From assembly GCA_963779615.1 (NCBI GenBank), contig CAVZZA010000005.1, positions 384,001 to 448,000 on the forward strand: a stretch of DNA of 64,000 nucleotides. The letters run 5' to 3'. The notes beneath the pieces were generated by a model. The model was not told where the DNA came from. It searched no databases and saw nothing but the letters and a program-made list of their open reading frames with translations. A program made the translations under genes and the position numbers. The first letter of the stretch is position 1. Each line of letters opens with the position of its first letter. Shown here piece by piece: positions 56,369-64,000 of this stretch. The DNA is from an uncultured Nitrososphaeraceae archaeon. Its GTDB lineage: Archaea > Thermoproteota > Nitrososphaeria > Nitrososphaerales > Nitrososphaeraceae.

Positions 56369-57703
56369 ATGCATACAAAGATCATGTCTTTGCAAATAGC
56401 TAGGGTCAAAGGAATACCAATTAAACTCCACTTCACATTAATCATAGTTTTTGTTCTTGTGTCCTGGACGCTAGCGTCAGGAACCATGCCACGGTATTTC
56501 CCAAACTTATATCCACCATCCTATTGGGTTATGGGAATATCCGGTGCCTTTATCTTATTTTTTTCAGTTTTACTGCATGAATTAGCTCATTCCATACTAT
56601 CTTTAAGGTATGGGATTAGAGTGCGCCAAATAATCCTGTTTATTTTTGGCGGGATATCAGACATCAAGGAAGAGACAAAAGACTATAGAAAAGAATTCAA
56701 AATAGCAGTTGTAGGGCCCATCACAAGCTTTGCATTAGCTTTTATTTTTGGTTTGGTTTGGTTGTTGTTGATTCAGCTTGGCGGTGAAACCGCTTTGCCG
56801 ATGGCACCATCAACAGTTCAGGGCAACGGAGAAACAAATGCAGAAGAGATATCAGCCCTGCAAGTGGAAACAACAAGCGAATTTCAGGCGATACCCACAA
56901 TATCCGGAATAATGATATACGCGTCAATAATCAATGCCTTGTTAGGGTTTTTTAACTTGATACCGGCTTTTCCACTGGATGGTGGAAGAATGTTACGCGC
57001 AGGGCTTGTCAAATGGAAAAAGAGCTACAATGAGGCTACAAGAATTGCCGTAAGGGTAGGAATAGGAATATCCTTTGGATTGATGGCATTTGGGTTTATA
57101 ACAATATTCACAGGCTCAACACTTGGGGGTTTTTGGTTTATAATAATTGGATGGTTTATTCAAAGCGGTGCACAAACATATTTACAGCAACTTGAAATAT
57201 CTACCGCCTTGGTTGGGGTGCGATTAAAAGACATAATGAACACAAAGTTTGTATCGGTAAAACAACACCAAACAGTAGCCGAGGTATTAAAGGACTACTT
57301 TAACATTTACAGAAAAAGCGAGTTTCCCGTATTGGACCCTGAAGGCCATCTAATCGGTGCAATTACAAGCCAGCAAGCTATGAACGTTGCAGAAAATGAT
57401 GCAGAAAATGTAAGGGTTGATGAGGTAATGATCCCAAATAGAGAATTAGTAATAATGAACGCTAGCAGTAGGGCAGATGAGGCCCTAAAGAGAATTTACC
57501 AGGAAAACAAAAATAGGATATTTGTTTGTGAAGACAAAGATTATGATGTTATTAGGGAGCAGGAGAACACACCCAAAAGGAACGAAAGACTATCTGCAGC
57601 AAACAAAGAAATAAAGATAAAGCTTTTAGGAATAATCAGCAAAACAGATTTACTGAATATCGCAAGAGAACGAGAAGAGTTTGAGCGGAATTTAAATAAA
57701 TAG
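56369..57703 (+). CDS. Site-2 protease (M50) with CBS domains
   Basis: HELAH, AVVGP, FNLIPAFPLDGG, C-terminal CBS pair. Confidence 0.95.
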   Translation: MHTKIMSLQIARVKGIPIKLHFTLIIVFVLVSWTLASGTMPRYFPNLYPPSYWVMGISGAFILFFSVLLHELAHSILSLRYGIRVRQIILFIFGGISDIKEETKDYRKEFKIAVVGPITSFALAFIFGLVWLLLIQLGGETALPMAPSTVQGNGETNAEEISALQVETTSEFQAIPTISGIMIYASIINALLGFFNLIPAFPLDGGRMLRAGLVKWKKSYNEATRIAVRVGIGISFGLMAFGFITIFTGSTLGGFWFIIIGWFIQSGAQTYLQQLEISTALVGVRLKDIMNTKFVSVKQHQTVAEVLKDYFNIYRKSEFPVLDPEGHLIGAITSQQAMNVAENDAENVRVDEVMIPNRELVIMNASSRADEALKRIYQENKNRIFVCEDKDYDVIREQENTPKRNERLSAANKEIKIKLLGIISKTDLLNIAREREEFERNLNK

Positions 57704-58116
57704 ATGACACCGATTGGGGGGTCAAGCTGATCTTCCGTTCCGTTAACATATTGCAAACAGATTAACAATATTCTAATAATTTAATTTAATTTAATTTTCA
57801 ATGGGAGCGACGCCTTGGGGTTTTCATCTACTGTCAGGATGTTGCAATTAACGACTGGTCAGGCAGTCTGATCCTTTCACTGCATCCATCTTTTTGCCAT
57901 TCACCATTTTCCACTTGATTGGACCCATGTTTCCATCATTACCAATAATAAAAAAACGGTATTTGATGGCGAGGCGAGTATAACCTCACAACTTTAATTA
58001 TCCTTCGCATATTCACTATATTACGCTTCTTTACACAAGAAAATAACCGTTAAAACATCTTGAATTATCATAATATTGAACTTCCTAACAAAATTGGTAG
58101 TTTGATTCAAAGACAA

Positions 58117-58159
58117 CCGGGAGAGGGATACGAACCCCGTGGCAATACTCGAGGAGACA
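58117..58159 (-). repeat. Inverted att-like copy homologous to 48683-48725
   Basis: Minus strand tgtctcctcgagtattgccacggggttcgtatccctctcccgg vs tttctcctcgagtgttgccactgaggtctgatccctatcccgg. Confidence 0.8.
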
Positions 58160-58555
58160 TACTACAATAACGAATATCAATTAAAATTTTAATAATCCTC
58201 ATCTATTACGGGAACAGCAACAGGCCCACTAACAATGAGCGTTAAAGAGGCCCATGCAACAATTGAAGGGACTTTCATTGTGCTTGGTTTAATCACGTGG
58301 AACGATTGTGAATGTAGTATTATTTGCGATTTACTACCTGCAATATATCGAGATATTGATATCAGATAGAATCGCCCTCTATCGAGTTCCTTCTGTAACG
58401 CCGCCATGAGATGTTGAATGAACGAGAAGAGGTTGAGTATGTATAGGGTTCTCAGTTCTCTGAACATTACTATTTTTCTAAATAGTCTCAAAAGGTATTA
58501 CTGCAACACCATAGTCATGTGAATACCCTATATAATTGGGTATTAATTTGTAAAC

Positions 58556-60095
<1,540 letters not shown>

Positions 60096-60118
60096 TCCTA
60101 GGATCATTTAACATTACA

Positions 60119-60616
60119 TCTTTTTAGGCAATTCGACCAATTTTTTTGATTGCTCTATCCCTGTTATCGGTATGTTTTTAATAATAAGACCTGTATGAAC
60201 TAAGACCAATACCTGATCCCAGTATATGTGCTCATGAGATATTTTGTTGTTTTTGAATTTTATGATCACCACATGGGGGTATCTCAACGTATTTGCTTGT
60301 GGGTGCTATTCTAGGTAACAGATAATCAATCTCTGTCACGTGTGAAACTTATTACAAGTTCATCCACAACTTGGTCTTTCCCAACCGTTCTTGATATGTT
60401 AGTAATTTTCATATCCTTTGGCATTTTGCCGATAAAATGGTTTTTGTAGAAACTATATACTTCACTGTAACCAATTCCACCAGCTAATGTAGGAACATGG
60501 TGAACATATGGATCCTCGGTCATGATGGTCATAGTAGCATCCACATCTTCCTTATCAAACTCAAATTCTATGTGTTTGTCAAACACATCACCAAGGTTAT
60601 TTGGTTCTGTATCCAT
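60119..60616 (-). pseudogene. SnoaL-like ester cyclase family protein, frameshifted
   Basis: HIEFEF..DVDATM....PYVHHVPT..GG.G..V..FY, RTVG.DQVVDE; C-terminal HEHIYWDQ in another frame. Confidence 0.8.
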
Positions 60617-60962
60617 GATAACATATTACAATTCTTCTTAATGTTGTTTTACATACTGTAAAATATCTTCTTTTATGGGGTATAACAATATTTTAGAATA
60701 ATAGTGCAAAAAACGTTGCTCTAAAATAATAGATAAAATGCCATAATATGTATTTGAGATGCCCAATAATACGGTTCTACGAAAATACCATATTACCATA
60801 CCGTCCTTTAGTGGCGAATTTAAGATCACTTATAAATTACAACAGAAATAAATTGACCTGGAATTGGTGTACAGACAGTTTGGAAAGAATTTGGAAATTT
60901 AAATCCATGCGCACATGGCTTTAAATCAGTTACTGCTCCGAAAGCAGGAGCAATTTTAGGAG

Positions 60963-61328
60963 CTACTTTTTACCAGTTAGTATAACCTCGCCACTTTGTG
61001 CTGTTCCTATTTCATGAGCGTTTACAGCTTCTTTAACAAAGATCATCCCATGTCCCTCAGATCCCGAACGTATCTTTACGAGATCATCAATGATTTGATC
61101 TGCAGATGAATCGGGTACAATCGTTTCAACCTTGGTTCTCTTTTCATGTTCTGGAGTAATTTTCCTCCCCGTCATATAGGCACGTACCACCTCATGCACT
61201 TCTTTGATTTTTGTCCGACCTCTAGCGTTTACCTCATAAAAAGCAAAACCGCCGACATTATGCTTATTTAGAATTTCAGTCACTTTAGGAAGATTGTCAG
61301 CACGAATGAAAATACTTATTTCCTTCAT
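60963..61328 (-). CDS. P-II family regulator (divergent GlnB-like)
   Basis: MKEISIFIR...L.KV..IL...VGG....V.ARGR, KVETIV.D, GHGMIFV...A..I.T..SGE. Confidence 0.85.
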   Translation of the reverse strand: MKEISIFIRADNLPKVTEILNKHNVGGFAFYEVNARGRTKIKEVHEVVRAYMTGRKITPEHEKRTKVETIVPDSSADQIIDDLVKIRSGSEGHGMIFVKEAVNAHEIGTAQSGEVILTGKK

Positions 61329-61969
61329 AGCGCCAGTTACTAAATCAAATAGATAAAGTTTTCTTTTTACATACAGGTGCGGTTAAGTTAGGCTTGTCTG
61401 CTCACAATCTAACTTCTTCCTGCATGGCCAATAATCATCAAAACCTTCAGTACCATCCTTGATATACCTAGAGCTCTTTCAATGATGCTTTTTTTGTTGT
61501 TGATGATGAAAAACCATCAAAAGACAACCTGCCACTAAATGTTTTTTGCTATCAAAAGGAGATAGTTTTGCAGGGAAAACAATATTCTTGGTATTGTTGC
61601 CCAATACTACCATCAATACCACTACTACCTGATTGCACAGTAAAACCCTGTTTTATAGCAGGAGGTGCTAGATTCGACATGGCATTGTTTTGCTGTTTCA
61701 GAACCGTGTTCTCCTTCCCATTCGTAACTTTGGGTATTGTTGTTTCTGCCTCGAAAAATCAACTATATTATATTGTAATACATCCAAAAAAAAACATATA
61801 GAAAACAACAGTACAGTGAACTGTGACATCCATGACATCCATGACGAATTTATTCATGGTAATTTAGCAACATCATTCAATTTACTGAATCTGATAATAT
61901 ATCAAGGACAGTAACATAACAAATTATGTATTCTGAAACCAAAAATGGAGAAAAAGTATAATTATTTGA

Positions 61970-63197
61970 TACCAAAACGAGACTCTAGCCATGAATGCAG
62001 GTCAGCCAAGACATATTCGGGTATGGGTCCACTTTCTGTTGTCCACTCTGTTGAAGGGTAGAAAAGGTGTCCCAGGTCTTGATATGTGATTAATGCATGA
62101 TCAGGATGATTCAGTTTAGTTAGTTTTTGTTGTAAAAGAAATGCTGTTGAACTCGACTTCCTGCATCGTTTTGTCCATGGAGCATTAGGATGCCAATAGA
62201 ATGAGAAACGTTACCTATGATGCTCAAGGTAGGTTGTAGATAAAGAAGCGATTTTAAATAAACAGGACATGGCAGTCCCGATGGGTCATCGCATTTGGAT
62301 CCTTCAAATGCTTTTTCAAATCTCTTTTCAAGAACAGGTTTAAGTTCTGCATTGATATTAATGTATACATCTTCATTGGAATTATATCCTGATTTTAAAA
62401 GTTTAGTGCCATTGGGAATAGACATATTGAGATTTGAGCTGGAATTACCACCACCAATCAAATTTTGGAATGTTTGATCTTGTGATGCTTGTTTCAACGA
62501 GAAAAGTCCATCATGATTTTTGTCTAGTACTTGTTTAGCATATTCAAGAGGGAAGTCAACCAAACCATAGTATAGCTGATCACTGGGTTTCTCAATCCTT
62601 GGAGCCAAAAGTACTATATTGCCAATCGTGGTTTTTGGATTATCAGTGGCAATCCTTGTAACAATTTCGCCTCCTTCACTATGACCAAGCAGGGTTATTC
62701 TCTTTGCATCAACTTCAGGCTGTTGTATTAGAACATCTACAGCTTTTTGGGCATCTTGCTTTAGATCATTGTATGTCATGTTTCCCCATGCATTGTTGTT
62801 AATGTTAATGACTGTGAGGTTTTCGCCTATGCCCCTCTTATCATACTTAAGAACAACAAAGCCTCTTTAAGACAGGTATTGGAATATTTGCCAAAATAGT
62901 TAAGCATTATCGCTTTTGCAGTGTAGTTCATATCAGCGGGGCCTGAACCAGGAACTAGAAGGACACTAGGAAACGGTCCTTTGCCTATTGCCGGATAAGA
63001 TAGCTGAGCCTTTGTTGGTACCCCATCCCCAAGATCCAAAGTTAGATTTCTGTATTTGACAACCTGAACGTCTGGCTGGGCAAGGGTTTCAGAAAAAGGA
63101 GATAAAGTAAGATTTAATGATGAGTATGTCGACAAGACTAAGAAAATGCCAAAAATAGAGCGAACACGATGAAAGGTGATGGCTCAAATTTAAACAT
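61970..63197 (-). pseudogene. Secreted alpha/beta hydrolase (S33-like), frameshifted
   Basis: GPFPSVLLVPGSGPAD, GHSEG nucleophile, LMLHGQND; split over ORFs 62827-63135 and 62120-62779; ends approximate. Confidence 0.8.
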
Positions 63198-63296
63198 GGA
63201 CACCAATTCTAGCAAGATTATATGGTATATGAGCAAATAGAGCTCTTTTAAATAAACATTTGGCACTATCATAATACCCTTTTATCCATTTTTCTG

Positions 63297-63563
63297 CTAA
63301 TGTGTGAATGCCATCATAATGGTAAATTTCAGGTTCTTTGTCAATAACACATAGCATATTATGGTTGCGTTTTCTGGATTTTCCTGTGCAAGGTTGTTTT
63401 GAATTTTGTTAAAGTAGGCTTTAGTGCAAGTTTTTGTTATGGAATCTATCTTTCTAAATAATGTATCATGTTCTGTTTCTTTTTGTTCTGCGTTATGTTC
63501 TTGCTCATGTGACAAACTTTTCTCAGAGAACCTGGGCTTTTCGTGCTGTTCTCTTAATATCAT
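63297..63563 (-). pseudogene. N-terminal fragment of a thaumarchaeal XerC-type integrase
   Basis: LFRKIDSIT....YFNKI...LA.ENPENATIIC resembles a recalled integrase SAM-like N-terminus; truncated. Confidence 0.55.
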
Positions 63564-63748
63564 TGCAAAGCGGTATCGGACAATCTAACGCTTTCATATC
63601 CGGTTATTTTTTTACCATTCACTATCACGCCCATCTAATTAACCCCCTCGTGTTCCCTTCATTCTTAATAATGAGAGGATAATATTTAATGGTGGATATT
63701 AACCTCATAACTTTAATTATCCTTTACAGTAGCTAAGATTTAGTAATT

Positions 63749-64000
63749 ATGAGCCTGGCAAAAACCGATTATGACGTCATCGTAGCAGGCGGAGGACTTG
63801 CAGGCATGATTGTAGCCTCATCTGCAGCATACTATTCTAATCAACGCTTGAAGGTGTTAATTGTAGACAGAAACCAAATAGAGGTTCAGGGCAGAAAAAC
63901 AATTTCTGGTTGGATTTGTGGTGATGCGGTAGGCAAAAACACTGTGGACTATATGAAGGACAGGATAAAAATTTCATGGGGATCTCCAGAAATTGAACAC
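63749..64000 (+). CDS. Geranylgeranyl reductase-family FAD oxidoreductase (5' part; runs off the window)
   Basis: MSLAKTDYDVIVAGGGLAG...LIVDRN...GWICGDAV. Confidence 0.85.
   Translation, partial: MSLAKTDYDVIVAGGGLAGMIVASSAAYYSNQRLKVLIVDRNQIEVQGRKTISGWICGDAVGKNTVDYMKDRIKISWGSPEIEH

Overview
AT-rich archaeal chromosome segment; gene content and protein families point to an ammonia-oxidising archaeon of the Nitrososphaerales (Nitrosocosmicus-like; inference). Housekeeping and stress genes (APC permease-USP, nitroreductase, NDH-2 fusion, USPs, polB2, nfo, corA x2, Ard1/RimI-type acetyltransferase, hflX, M50 protease, GGR-family oxidoreductase) alternate with decaying mobile DNA. The centre is an intron-containing tRNA-Ser(GGA) (25726-25826) followed by a ~23 kb tandem pile of integrated elements, delimited by copies of the tRNA 3' end at 38328, 44205 and 48713. 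The pile carries SSV-type split integrases, an AEP-PriX primase plus MCM-like ATPase module, a multicopper oxidase and secreted proteins. The most unusual signal: the N-terminal half of the split integrase carries, ~75 nt inside the att core, a perfect INVERTED copy (36 and 39 bp) of the target tRNA's variable arm and T-arm. It is conserved in two otherwise diverged element ends. There is also a second att-site type with GGAGACA arms, and a separate 5.7 kb island (57981-63724) bounded by a 25-bp direct repeat. Many accessory genes carry single-base frameshifts; I cannot tell decay from assembly error. All family calls come from motif recognition by eye; no searches were run.
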